A stretch of 62,998 bases of DNA, filler included, from Octopus bimaculoides (taxonomy: Eukaryota), in the NCBI RefSeq assembly GCF_001194135.2. It is 5 parts of 5 records of this genome, joined end to end, with 100 filler letters (N's around TTAATTAATTAA, not from the genome) between each part and the next. Parts side by side here need not be neighbours in the genome. Positions count along the whole stretch, not along the records: positions 46,899 to 57,262 come from NC_068987.1; positions 57,363 to 62,998 come from NC_068984.1; 3 more parts are not named here. One strand, 5' to 3'. Shown in pieces: positions 49,293 through 61,054 of this stretch. Numbering within the stretch: the first letter of the stretch is position 1; every line of letters starts with the position of its first letter. A model generated the notes under the pieces. It saw nothing but the letters and a program-made list of their open reading frames with translations. It searched no databases and was not told where the DNA came from. A program made the position numbers and the translations under genes.

Positions 49293-49838
49293 CAGTGAGA
49301 GTGCAGTGCATACCATCAAAGTGATACTGGGGTAAAATATACGAAACCCAGTATACCCATCATGACTACTCGTCTGATAAGGGTACACCAGGCACATGCA
49401 TCTCAGCCATATGTGCGCGACATGGTGATCTCATATCAAGATTAACAGCGCAGGTGGAGCCCAGTTAGAATTTTCTTCAGGTCGAGTAGCCCACCCCGCT
49501 CAAAAGGTCCCTGAATGAGAACCTTGTTTAAGGATGTTGAACAAGAACCCATGTTTCCAGAGGTGAATTATCCAAACCCCAAAGAACTCCTCTCAACACA
49601 TGGCTATGATGCTCTCCAACTACTTCTGCTTGTGATCAGAGATGCATATATCATCAGCCACTAAGGGACATGCTTAACTGGTTAAGGTCAAATAACTGAC
49701 AAGCAAATCTGTGGTATTGAGCGGAATATTTGCTGTAGCCCATCTTTTATACCAAGACAAAACAATCTACATAACACTTTCAATCAGTTGAGATGAGAAG
49801 CCATGAAAGCCACTGCCTAATATTGCATCAGGGCATTT
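49293..49838. repeat. Unclassified ~550-bp interspersed repeat, copy 1, flanked by (ATT)n on both sides
   Basis: Reverse complement of 58596-59152 along its whole length. Confidence 0.9.
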
Positions 49839-49865
49839 ATTATTATTATTGTTGTTGTTGTTGTT

Positions 49866-50031
49866 GAGGTGGCGAGCTGGTAGAATCGTTAACATGCCGG
49901 ACAAAATGCTTAGCGGTATATCGTCTGCCGCAGCGTTCTGTGTTCAAATTCCGCCGAGGTCGACTTTGTCTTTCATCCTTTCGGGGTCGATAAATTGAGT
50001 ACCAGTGAAACACTGGGGTCGATGTAACCCC
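49866..50031 (+). mobile_element. SINE family A, 3'-truncated, followed by (GAA)n
   Basis: gaggtggcgagctggtagaatcgttaac...gttcaaattccgccgaggtcgacttt...ggggtcgatgtaa. Confidence 0.88.
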
Positions 50032-50230
50032 AGAAGAAGAAGAAGAAGAAGAAGCAGAAGAAGAAGAAGAAGAAGAAGAAGAAAGGTCCTAAACTCAGAA
50101 TTAATGCGATCAATTCTATGGCCATACCAGTAGCCACACATATAGCTTCGATATCATTAGGTGGGATCTAATTGACATGCAGAATATGGAAAGTGTTATA
50201 TCGCACGTTCGGATGGCCTCTACTCAACTC

Positions 50231-52860
50231 CTTTCTTTATTTGGCACTACGGCCACAACACAGAGGGGGACACTACAAGGACAGACACAACACCACAATG
50301 GGACAAAAACCATAAAACGAATGAGAATGAGATGTTATATAAAAATGAAGAAATGAAATGGCTGCATGGACCCCACCCCTATGCAGTACCATTTAAAAGT
50401 TTATATACACTATTTACCATCGTTCACTCTTTCTATTGTTTTTTTTTTCTTAATCATCTTTTTTCCATGAAACACTTTTACTTTTTTTCTCTTTTTTGTT
50501 CCTTTTTCCTCTTTGTTTTTCCTTTTTTCCCCTAAGAAAACAATTTTACTTTTCTTTTTCTTTTCTTTTTTTTTTCTCTTTTTTTCTCTTTAATACCTCA
50601 TGAAAGGCTCCAAGTCTCTTGGCTCAATTACTAGTTGCAGTTCGTCGAACTCCACCAATACTCCGGGCGGATCAATCTTGTCTCCGCACATGTCTGTCGG
50701 TCTCCTGTATGTGTCCTTATCGACAATTATGGTCTTCACATTCTGGGAGTACACATCCGTGAATAACTTGCCTCTTATAATCTGTTTAAATTTTACAATT
50801 TTTCTCTCCGTCTTTCTCTCCTTGTTTTTTGCATATGTCACAAAATTCCATTTATTTTTTCCTCTTCTTGTTTTTTTCTTTTCTTCTTCCACTACTGGTG
50901 TCTTTTCCTTTTCAATTCTGAACAATCTCTCCATTTCACCCTCGCACAGTTGCACTCGCGAATCTTTTTCCTTTGCTGAGACAACCGGCGTCTTTAGTAT
51001 TGTTACCTCCTTCTGTAACTCCTCGAACACCTTTCCAATTACCTTCTCGCTTTCTTTCTCCACCACCTGCCTTCCTTCTGGTCGCAGCTTTTATTTCGAC
51101 CTCTTCTTTCTTCTTTTTCTGGTTCTCTGGTGGCGGGCTCACTCTTCCACTTCTTTTTCTTTCCACCACCGTGAATCCTTCCTCCGTTGTATTTTCTTCC
51201 CTCTCCACCTGTACTACCTGGTTCGTGCTCTCCTGCTTCTCCGTCTGTTCTCTCTGTGGGCACTTCGCCTTCATGTGGCCTTTCTCCCCACATGCAAAAC
51301 ATATAGGCAGCCTGCCCTCCACTATCACTCTCAATCTCAAGTCGTCGGGTAGCACTATCTCCTCAACAATTCGATTTAAGTCTTCTATCGTTGCCTGGAT
51401 AGTGAGCTCAATTCCGTATCTCCAGTAATTAATTCTTTGCGTCCTTGTAGCCTTCAATATTTTGGCCCCATCCTTCATGTTGAACATTATGGCTGTCATC
51501 AACCACGTTTCTTTTTGTTCGGGGGGTGGGGGGTACTTTGCCAACTCGTACTCTGGCCACATGTTTGCCACAGTATGAAGGCAAAAGCACCCACTCTTCC
51601 GATCTCATTGCCTCTGTCGAGTGTTTAATTGCTTCTTCCTCTGTCGCACAGCGTACCTCCACGGTGGCATACTTCCTTCCTCTTGTTATAAATGTTGTTA
51701 GATTTTTATGCTTTTTAAACATTCTTCAATTTCCTCCACTGTCGCAATCTCTATCTTTCTCGTTGCAATTTTCATTGTCTTGAACACCGCTGTTCTTTTT
51801 GTTACATTGTTTGTCAGTTCTGCAGGTGGCGTTAACTTTAACGTATCTCCAACTTTCTCCAGCAACCTCTTACATTCCTTCATTTTCTTTGGTTTCTTTT
51901 GGGGGGAGGGTCGGATTTTGGGTGGCGACTCCACCCTCGCTATTTTTCTATCTGTTGTCTCTTCATTTTTATTTCTTCTTCCACCGCTGGCTGCCTCCTC
52001 TTCCACCACTACATCCTCGCTCACCTCTCTTAGGGGACACCTTGCTTGTATGTGTCCCCTACTTCTACATTTATAACATACGGGTGGTCTCTCCTCCACC
52101 ACGACTCTCAGTCGGGTCTCATCGGGGAGTACCAACTCTTCTGCAATGTTGTGTAAATCTGGTAGGGTCACTTGGATTAAAACTTCTAATACCAAACCCC
52201 ACCAGTTGATTTCTCTGGACCTCTCAACTCTTATGACCTCCACCTCGTCTTTACAATTGAAGATAATAGCTGCCAACATCTATTCCTCATTCAACTCCGG
52301 GGGCACTCTGCTATTCTTATCCTTGCAGCACGTCTTCCACAGTAGGTTGGCAAGAGCGCCTGCCTTGCTGTCCTCAAGGCCACAGTGGAGTGCTTTTTTC
52401 ACTTCTTCGCTTTTAAATCGCACCTCCACTGTGCCGTATTTTCTCCTTCTTGCATAGAATGTCGTTATCTCTTTTACTTGAGTTAGACATTCTTCTATTT
52501 CTTCTGTTGCCACTACCTTTATCTTCTTGGTTTCAACATTTAGTGTTCTATACACTGTTATTTTCCTTTCCGCTTGTTGCGTGGCTTCTTTTGGCGGTGT
52601 TACCCGTAGGCAATCTCCCTCCTTTACAATCAATTCCTTGTGTTTTTTCACCTTGTTCATATCAAAATTAATTTCAATCATCTGCATTGCGTCGGCGGAT
52701 AGGCTTTTACCTGCTGCTGCAGCGTAGCTGGCTGTTTCCATACCCAACAATGGGTAGTACAATAATCTTTTTTTTTAAACGTTCAACAATAATAATTATC
52801 AATATTCTTTAACAATTTTCAACAATGCACAAATAATTAAACTCACCGCACGCAGGTGGG
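50231..52860 (-). mobile_element. ORF1-only (half-L1/HAL1-like) Tx1-derived element, ~2.6 kb
   Basis: 5' UTR, disrupted Gag-like ORF, ~360-nt 3' UTR ending in a Tx1-like tail (gtgtctgtccttgtagtgtccccctc...ccaaataaagaaa); no APE or RT between ORF and tail. Confidence 0.7.
50590..52741 (-). pseudogene. Disrupted ~700-aa ORF1p with two tandem Gag-like modules, each ending in a CCHC knuckle
   Basis: METASYAAAA start; knuckles CYKCRSRGHIQARC and CFACGEKGHMKAKC. Repeated blocks LRVTPPKE/LKLTPPAE, RRKYGTVEVRF/GRKYATVEVRC, LPDETRLRVVVEERPP/LPDDLRLRVIVEGRLP. One in-frame stop (52280-52282) and several frameshifts. Confidence 0.85.
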
Positions 52861-52877
52861 TAGATTTTATCAAGAGA

Positions 52878-55293
52878 TTAATGATGATAAAAACGTGAAA
52901 GATTAGTCCCTGATGCTGATGAAAGTCGACTTTTCAAGGGTAAGATATGGAGTAAGCAAGAACAACATAATACTATCGCTGAATGAAGCAAACAGCTTCT
53001 TATTCCCAGCAAGAGGCTATACACTTCACAGAAGACAGTATCAGAAATATGAGTAAAAAGATAAGCGACTGGAGAGCAGCAGGACCTGATGGTGTACAGA
53101 GATTTTGGGTAAAAATGTTCAGTAGTTGCTATAAATTGATCGCAGAGCAATTTAATGCATTGGTCAATGGAGAAAAAGAAATCCCGGGCTGGTTGATAAA
53201 AGGACGAACAGTGTTGTGTCTGAAAGATGTATCAAAAGGAAATGCTGCTGACAATTACAGGTTAATTTCTTGCCTCCCATTAAAGTGGAAGTTACTGTCA
53301 GGAGGAATTGCAGAAGAACTCTACAAACTTCTTGGTGAGAACAATATATTACCGACAGAACAAAAAGGTTGTAGAAGGAGATGCAGAGGTATCAAAGACC
53401 AATTACTGATAGAAAAAATGGTAAAGCAAGATAATAAACGAAGAACAAATTTGGGAAAGGCGTGGATTGACTATCGCAAAGCTTATATGATTTCACATTC
53501 GTGGATCAACGAGTGCTTAAATCTGTTTGGAATTGCGAGGAATGTAACGTGTTTCCTTAAGAGAAATATAGTTGGGTGGAAAATTGAACTGATATCCTGC
53601 GGAAAGAGCTTCGGCACCCTGGGTATCAGAAGAGGGATGTTCCATGGTGATAGTTTACCTCCACTGCTTTTCGTTCCCTGCATGACACCTCTAACCTTGG
53701 TACTTAGGAAAATGAACCTGGAATACCAAATAAAGGGAAACTCGCAAACAATCAACCACCTCCTGTTCATGGATGGTTTGAAACTGTATAGCAAGGATGA
53801 GACACGAGTGAGTTCTTTGGTGAACATGGTCTACTGTTTTAGTGCTGATATTAGAATGGAATTCGGACTCAAGAAATATGGAATAGTCTACCTTAGAAAA
53901 GGCAAGGTACAGTCCGTAGCAGGGATAGAATTACCGAATACAGAATTGATTAAACAAGTTGAAACGGAAGGCTACAAATACCTTGGTATACTAGAGTTTA
54001 ACGAGATAACAGAGAAGGATATGAAAGAGCAACTAAGGATGAAATAATTCCGAAGACTAAGGTTGGTGCTGCGCTCAAGATTGACCGGATGGAATAAAAT
54101 CCAAGCAGTTAATACATGGGTAATAGCATACTTCGGTATAGAGCTGGAATTATAAAATGGTAAAAGAGAGAAGTGATGAAAATGGATACAAAGAGAAGAA
54201 AACTGTTGGCAGTACACGAAGCCTTCCATCCTAAGAGTGACACCGATAGGCTGTACTTGTCCAGAAGAAAGGGTGGAAGAATAGCCAGGACTTTACCGAA
54301 GCAGAGGAAAACAGCTTAGTGTGGTATATAAAAAATGCCGTGGACCCATTGTTGAAATATACAAAGGCCGGCGTCACCAAAACTGAAAATTGCGTAATGA
54401 AAGAAAAATTTAAACAGGAAATGAACACCAAAAACGAAAAAGCATGGAAAGAAAAATAAATGTACGGTCAGTTTGCAAGAGATGTGAACGCCAAGACAGG
54501 TTACAGAAAACCGGTGGCTATGGGTGAGGAGGAGTGACCTGAAGGTAGAGACAAAACCACTCATATGCGTAGCTGAAGAACAAGCGTTAAGGACCATGTT
54601 AAGTGCAGTATAGACAACACTACCGACAGCGACAAATGCAGAATGTGTGGTGAGAGTGGTGAAACGATATGGCACATCATTAGCGAATGCCCAAAATTGG
54701 CACAACGCGAATACAAAAGACGCCATGACAATGTGGCAACAATAATCCATTGAGAGCTCTGTGGAAATCAAGACCTACAAAGAGCAAATGCGTAATATGA
54801 CAAAACTCCAGAAGAAGTCATCGAAAATGAGAATTGCAAAATCCTGTGGGATGCAATGGTCCCGTGCGATCAACCGACCAGACATCGGAAACCGGACAAT
54901 GTTGTGGTGGATAAAAAAGAAAGAACATGTATGATAATCGACATAGCATACCCCAGTGACAACAGGATCAATGTGAAAGAAGAAAAAATAAACAACTATA
55001 ATGACTTGAAGTGGGAAATGGGCAGGTTGTGGTCAATGAAAAGAGCAAATGTGATACCAATACTAATTAGTGTACTTGGAAGTATCAGCACTCAACTACC
55101 AGCATGACTGAAAAGATTGATGCAAGTGTAAAGGTAGAACACCTACAAAAATCAACATTGCTTGGAACTGCAAGAATTCTTCACAGGATTATTGTAGCAT
55201 GACCAGTAAACAAGTGTCACCTTAGTTTTCTGGCTGCGGACAGCTGACACTTTCCATCGTGCCCAGCAAAATATGCTGTGAGGTTTCATCACA
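52878..55293 (+). mobile_element. R4/Dong-like RLE LINE, 5'-truncated, RT through 3' UTR, inactive
   Basis: NYRLISCLP, EQKGCRR, AWIDYRKAY, RRGMFHGDSLPPLLF, HLLFMDGLKLY (DD to DG), YKYLG, LHPKSDTDRLY, CRMCGE..HIISECPKLAQREYKRRHD, KPDNVVVDK..IIDIA, LLGTARIL; ends at ataataat. Confidence 0.95.
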
Positions 55294-55324
55294 TAATAAT
55301 AGTATATTTATATTCAGGATTTAT

Positions 55325-57262
55325 ATTCAGAAAAGATTAAGGACGGCACAGGACAAAACATCGTGTGCGAGCGCGCGCTTGTGTGCGTGAGTGTGTGCGA
55401 GTGTGTGTGGGGGGGGGGGGCAACTGAGCCAATGTTTTCAAGGAAGGTCACTTAGAGGATCTTTTGAAAAGCAAAGGTTCTGTCTTTAGAAATATCATTC
55501 AAGAGGAAAACATTAGCTTCGAGAGTGTAAGCGGTGAACGTCCTTCCTTGAGCGAGGTAGCGGATGAGTTGGTTGCAAATAACAGCAAAAGCAGGAACAG
55601 CAGCAACAACAACAACAGCACCATCAGCAACCACAACAATAATAACAAAAGTTACAACAGCAACAACAAAACCAACAACGGCAGCAAGAAAAGCAACAAC
55701 AACAATGACAAAGGTAATGAAAGAGCTAAGACACAAACCGCTACAACGGATTGGAAAAGCTTTTCAAAGCTTTTTTTCGCTGGAATAACTAAATCATCTC
55801 TCCAGAAAATACAATTCTCAGCAGAAAAACTGAAATATGCTAGACAGCTAGTCGAGAGAGTTAACTGTAAAGTTGAATACTCCACCTGAGACAATCCAAG
55901 CTACGATACGTCGCACAGTGACTTACCGTACAGTCGGGTTAAAGTCAAGGAGGATGGAAAGAGCGACAGAGACTCAAATACAACTAGCTGGAATCTAAAG
56001 AAATATATACAGAGATGAAAGGCCTATGGAAAAGTGGGCGTTCGATTCCTCACCGATGAAGAAGCCAAACACCACTCTCTGAATCCCCTCAAAAGCGAGA
56101 AGCTGTTGCTAGTTCCTTACTACTGCCGTCAGAGATTGGCAAAAATTATAATCCAGCTGGTGCCGCCAGAATTAGCCATTCCTTGGCTAATTACGGCAGT
56201 GATGATAGACATCGAGGAAAACTCGACAATCCTCGAAGCTTATCAGACCAAAAAGGAAAAGTGGTATGAGATGACCGTAGAACTCCTCATTCAAACAACA
56301 CAAAAGAATGCGGATCTCATCCCAGACCAGATCCTTCTTCCTGGAGGCAGCATAATTCCTGTCAGGGTTGATGGAAGAAAACCAAAGTGCTACTTATGCT
56401 TTTCACCTAAGCATTTAAAAATCGACTGCCCTAAGCTAAATGAAAGAGAGAGATGGGCACCTTCCCTCTCTACACCAACAACGGCCACCAGAACTCCAGC
56501 AGCCGCACCATCACCATCAGCAGATTCAGCCATAGCACCACCAACAATCATGCCGACACGCAGTTCACCCAAACGCTTCTCAGTGTCCGAAGATATTCCA
56601 CTTTCCGATACAGAGCGGGTGAACATCACAGCTGGAGAGACGGACCACGATGAAGACTGACAGTTAAAAACAAAAACAAAAAAAAACTAAAAGAGATAGA
56701 AGGAAAAATAAACATATGGACAAACAACAACAATTCTCATCTGCACAAGAAGAGAAAAGGAAAAATCAAAACAACAAAAACAAACACGCCCAAAACAAAC
56801 ATTGCATCGACACCACCACCCCTAACACCTGAAATTCAAGTCATTCCACATATGCAACAACAACAACAACAATCACAACCACCACCACAACAACAACAGC
56901 AACAACAACAACAACAAATACAAAATAAAGACAGTAACATTACGAACTACATGGTAATAAATTCAAACAACGATGAATTATGAGATATATAATAACACGC
57001 ACAGACATTACACCAAAAGGTTTTGTTACACCCACATTCTCCCTACCGGCACACATACAAATCATTGAAACAACACAAAACATATACACACACTTAAAAA
57101 CCCTTTTCCCACAGGAAATCGGAGATTTTCGCCAGAATATCACCATTCTTGGTGATTTGCTGTTGGAAACACCCCAAGCCAACGGGAGGGACGAGCAGTT
57201 CACCCCACCAAACAAAACCAAGTAAGTTTTCCCTTTCTTTTCTTCTCTTTTTCCGACAACAT
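55325..57262 (+). mobile_element. Tx1-type ORF1 (one Gag/CCHC module, low-complexity linker, C-terminal domain), truncated by scaffold end
   Basis: YGKVGVRFLTDEEAKHHS..LLVPYYC..VPPELAIPWLITAV..LPGGSIIPVRVDGRKPKCYLCFSPKHLKIDC aligns with both modules at 50590-52741; poly-N and poly-Q tracts; stops and frameshifts. Confidence 0.8.
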
Positions 57263-57362
57263 NNNNNNNNNNNNNNNNNNNNNNNNNNNNNNNNNNNNNN
57301 NNNNNNTTAATTAATTAANNNNNNNNNNNNNNNNNNNNNNNNNNNNNNNNNNNNNNNNNNNN
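57263..57362. other. Artificial scaffold-joining spacer
   Basis: 44N-TTAATTAATTAA(57307-57318)-44N. Confidence 0.95.
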
Positions 57363-57572
57363 ATATATATATGTGTGTGTATATATATACACATGCACAG
57401 AAATGCATACATACATACATACGGGTGTGCATACAGATAGATAGATAAACTGACAGACATGAATACCCGATATAAATGCATATGCATTATACATATATAC
57501 TCTGCACCTATACACACACATGCGTACACATATATACATACACACATCTATACATGCACACGCACACACACG

Positions 57573-57637
<65 letters not shown>

Positions 57638-57769
57638 GCATGTATATACATACAATCCCATATAGATATGCAGGTGTTCCTGTCGTCAAATGTTCGGGCT
57701 CCGATCCTCCAGGCTCAACTTCCTGCTCAAGTTAAGACTCACAATATATTTTTATACACATACATACAT

Positions 57770-57840
<71 letters not shown>

Positions 57841-58064
57841 TATATTTCTTTTTGTGTGATGAGACTGATTTTGTTTATATATAATGTTTTATTTATTGTT
57901 GTGCTCTCTCGTATGTACATGAATATTTAATGGAATGGTGTCAGATGATTAGCAGCACGACTACAATGATGCCAAGAACGGTGTAAATGATGATCATAAT
58001 GAAATACCCCACCACCATAATACCGCTGTTGTTTGTGTAGGTAATAGCAATAATAACAGTAATC

Positions 58065-58273
58065 CTTTCTAATATAAGCACAGGGCCTGAAATGTTGGGC
58101 AGAACTGGCTGGTCGATTTCATAGAACCTCAATACTTAACTGGTAATTATTTCATCGACCCTGGAAGAATAAAAGGTTGATAGCAGTGGAATTTGAACTC
58201 AGAAGTTAATGACGGAGAAATAATGCTTAGCGGCTTTTTGTCCGATGCCAACAATTTTGTCAGCTCGCTACTT
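58065..58273 (-). mobile_element. SINE family A copy, diverged
   Basis: ctttctaatataagcacagggcctgaaat...ggaatttgaactcagaa...cagctcgctactt. Confidence 0.75.
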
Positions 58274-58284
58274 TGATGATGATG

Positions 58285-58350
<66 letters not shown>

Positions 58351-58517
58351 GATCTTTTCTACTATAGGTACAAGGCCTAGAATTCGAGGGAAGGGGGATA
58401 GTCGATCACATCGGCCCCAGTACTTGACTGGTACTTAATTTAGACCTCGAAAGGATGAAAGACAAAGTCGACCTCGGTGGAATTTGAAATCAGAACGTAG
58501 CAGCAGCGGAAATACTG

Positions 58518-58518
<1 letters not shown>
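58351..58518 (-). mobile_element. SINE family A, 5'-truncated, between (AAT)n tracts
   Basis: cttttctactataggtacaaggcc...aaagtcgacctcggtggaatttgaaatcagaacgtagc. Confidence 0.85.
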
Positions 58519-58586
<68 letters not shown>

Positions 58587-58595
58587 TTAATAATA

Positions 58596-59152
58596 AAATG
58601 CCCTGATGAAGTACCAGGCAGTAGCACCCATGGCTTCTGGACTTAACCGAATGGAAGTGTTATCATGTACATGTTTTGTCGTAGTGTAAAATAGGTGGCA
58701 TGCAGTAAATATTCTTATTAATACTACAGATGGGCTTGTCACTTGTTTGACCTTAACCAGTTGAACATGTCCTTTGGTGGCTGATGGTATGTACATCTCT
58801 GATCACGAGCAGGAGTAGTGGAGGAGCACCGTAGCCATATGTTGAGGGGAATTCTTTGGGGTTTGAATAATTCATCTCTGGCAACATGGGTGCTTTGTTC
58901 AGCATCCTTAAACAACCATTATTCAGGGACCTTTTGAGCAGGATGGGCTGTTCGAGCTGAAGAAAATTCTATCTGGGTCCCACCTGCAAGGTCATGCGCT
59001 GTTTATCTTGACATAAAATCACCATGTCGCGCACATATGGTTGTGATGCATGTGCCTGGTGTACCCTAATCGAACGGGCAGTCATAATGGGTATACTGGG
59101 CTTCGTATATTTTACCCCAGTGTCACTTTGATGGCATGCACTGCTCTCACCC
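58596..59152. repeat. Unclassified ~550-bp interspersed repeat, copy 2, flanked by (AAT)n on both sides
   Basis: aaatgccctgatgaagtaccaggcagt...gatggcatgcactgctctcac; inverse of 49293-49838. Confidence 0.9.
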
Positions 59153-59224
59153 AATAATAATAATAATGATGATGATAATGATGATGATGATGATGATGAT
59201 CCTTTCTACTATACCCACATAATT

Positions 59225-60075
59225 TGAAGTAAGATATAGAAAGCTGGGAGAATGACAAGAAACTACTGACAGCATACCGAAGCCACCACCCTGAAGCAGA
59301 TATAAATTGGCCTTACCTATCCTACACACAAAGAGAGCGTGACCTGACACACCCCAAAAAGAAGAAATTCTTTTAAATAACAAGAGTTGTACTGCACAAA
59401 TACCTAGCAGCATGTAGTGGAAGACTCATAAATGTACTAAAGAATCATTAAAAAATGCTCTTCTCTAAACACACAAAAAAAGCAATAAAATAAAAGGCAG
59501 AAATAGAATATACAACAGAAATAACGAGAAAATGACATGGAAACAAGAGTACAAAGCTTACTAAAAAAGAAGTGAATTGAAAAGCCACTCTGCGGCTAAT
59601 ACTGTGCAAGTCTCGAGAGAAAAGTAAGGCAAAGTGTAACCTAACAATGCTACGGTCTAAACGAAGAACAAGACTGATGTTTTGCTGCACAAATTCAATA
59701 TCTGGTCACAAACATTCATTGGAATAAAATACTGAAATCAGATCCGAACACCAGGTTCAGAATGTACAGCCAGTATGATGAAACTGTTGATCACACCATC
59801 ACTTGTCTACTCCTTGCCAAAATCTGAATATACATGTTTGATCGTGTTGGCAAGTACATTCACTGGGCAATATGCCAGCACGTTGGTGTGAAAATGAAGA
59901 CGGTACATGACAATAACCTGGCTACAATTATCTGGCATATACTTGTCCTGACTGACAAAAAGATCGTGACGGGCCGCCGAGATATAATAATAAACGACTG
60001 GAAAACAAAAACATGCACACTATATGTCCATCTCTTTTGATAGAAATATTTCAACATAGTAGGTTACAAGACAGA
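59225..60075 (+). mobile_element. Old R4/Dong-like LINE fragment
   Basis: KLLTAYRSHHPEADI, EKPL, DETVDH, DRVGKYIHWAICQH, TDKKIVTGRRDIII..KTKTCTL. Confidence 0.75.
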
Positions 60076-60077
60076 TT

Positions 60078-60360
60078 GACCAGTTAAATTGCTCGAGGTC
60101 TGGTTTGTTTGGTGAACAGGAACTGGCACAAGGCTGGAGGTCCGCTGGCATGGAAGACCGTTTCATTCAGAAACGGGCCTAGAGGAAACTATCCGTGACA
60201 GGTCGAGCAAAGTTGAGGAATGCCTACATAACCTCCGTAACAACTTGTCGTTTGACGGTTGTGCCTTGCCCCGGTTAGACAGGTGGGAGCGCATCATTTC
60301 CACTTCTTGTGGAAGGGATGTGATCTACCAGTCAGGTGATCCATCTGATGTCATCACCCT
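60078..60360 (+). mobile_element. L1-Tx1 ORF2 fragment (RT thumb)
   Basis: VKLLEVWF, RKLSVTGRAKLRNAYI, RLTVVPC; paralogous to 24600-24900 and 61365-61630. Confidence 0.75.
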
Positions 60361-60478
60361 CTTTTTCGGGGTCCTTTTCACACCTCCATTTCAAGGTCGT
60401 TGTACTTACTTAACTTTTCAAATGCTTTTTACAGAATAGTTGCAGTTTGCTGGGATTGACATATCTATGAGCATTTAT

Positions 60479-60695
60479 GAGGCGGCGAGCTGGCAGAAAC
60501 ATTAACACGCTAGACGAAATGCTTAGTGTTATTTCGTCTGTCTTTACGTACTGAGTTCAAATTCCGCCGACGTCGACTTTGCCTTTCATCCTTTCGGGGT
60601 CGATAAATTAAGTACCAATTGCGTACTGGGGTCGATTTAATCGACTGGCCCCCGCCCCCAAAATTTCGGGCCTTGTGCCTAGAGTATAAAAGAAC
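60479..60695 (+). mobile_element. SINE family A, full-length, 16-bp TSD
   Basis: ATCTATGAGCATTTAT at 60463-60478 and 60696-60711. Confidence 0.95.
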
Positions 60696-60714
60696 ATCTA
60701 TGAGCATTTATTAT

Positions 60715-61035
60715 TATTACGCTAGTGCATGCTAATTTTGCTAGCAGGTATTTTATCTTGAGGTTTGGTGACAAGTTTCCTCAAATCTCGAGAATCTTTC
60801 TCAGGATCCTTGCGGAATATAGAATGGTACATTTTCTGCAGGTCAAAAACGTAAGTTTCAATTCCAATTTCTTTCAGTCTTTTAGTTAGCATTTGGGGTA
60901 TTGTGCCAAGTGCGTCAATTACTACGGGAATAATTGATGTTTTGATCATCCACAATCTCTTTAGCTCTCTGGCTAGGTTCTGATATTTCCCAATGTTATC
61001 TATTTCTTTGATATCGACTCTACTATTATAGCGAA
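60715..61035 (-). mobile_element. R4/Dong-like LINE 3' end
   Basis: RVDIKEIDNIGKYQNLARELKRLW..IIPVVIDALGTIP..KRLKEIGIE..DLQK; ends in taataataa. Confidence 0.85.
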
Positions 61036-61054
61036 TTATATTACCGCACATTAA

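Noticed and set aside
52983-54047. Intact, active reverse transcriptase gene (354-aa ORF)
   Set aside because: The catalytic motif reads FMDG instead of (F/Y)xDD, and stops and frameshifts flank the ORF; the element is 5'-truncated.
57675-57730. Small GC-rich exon candidate after GCAG|GT
   Set aside because: Weak pyrimidine tract, non-consensus donor (GTTAAG) and no recognisable peptide.
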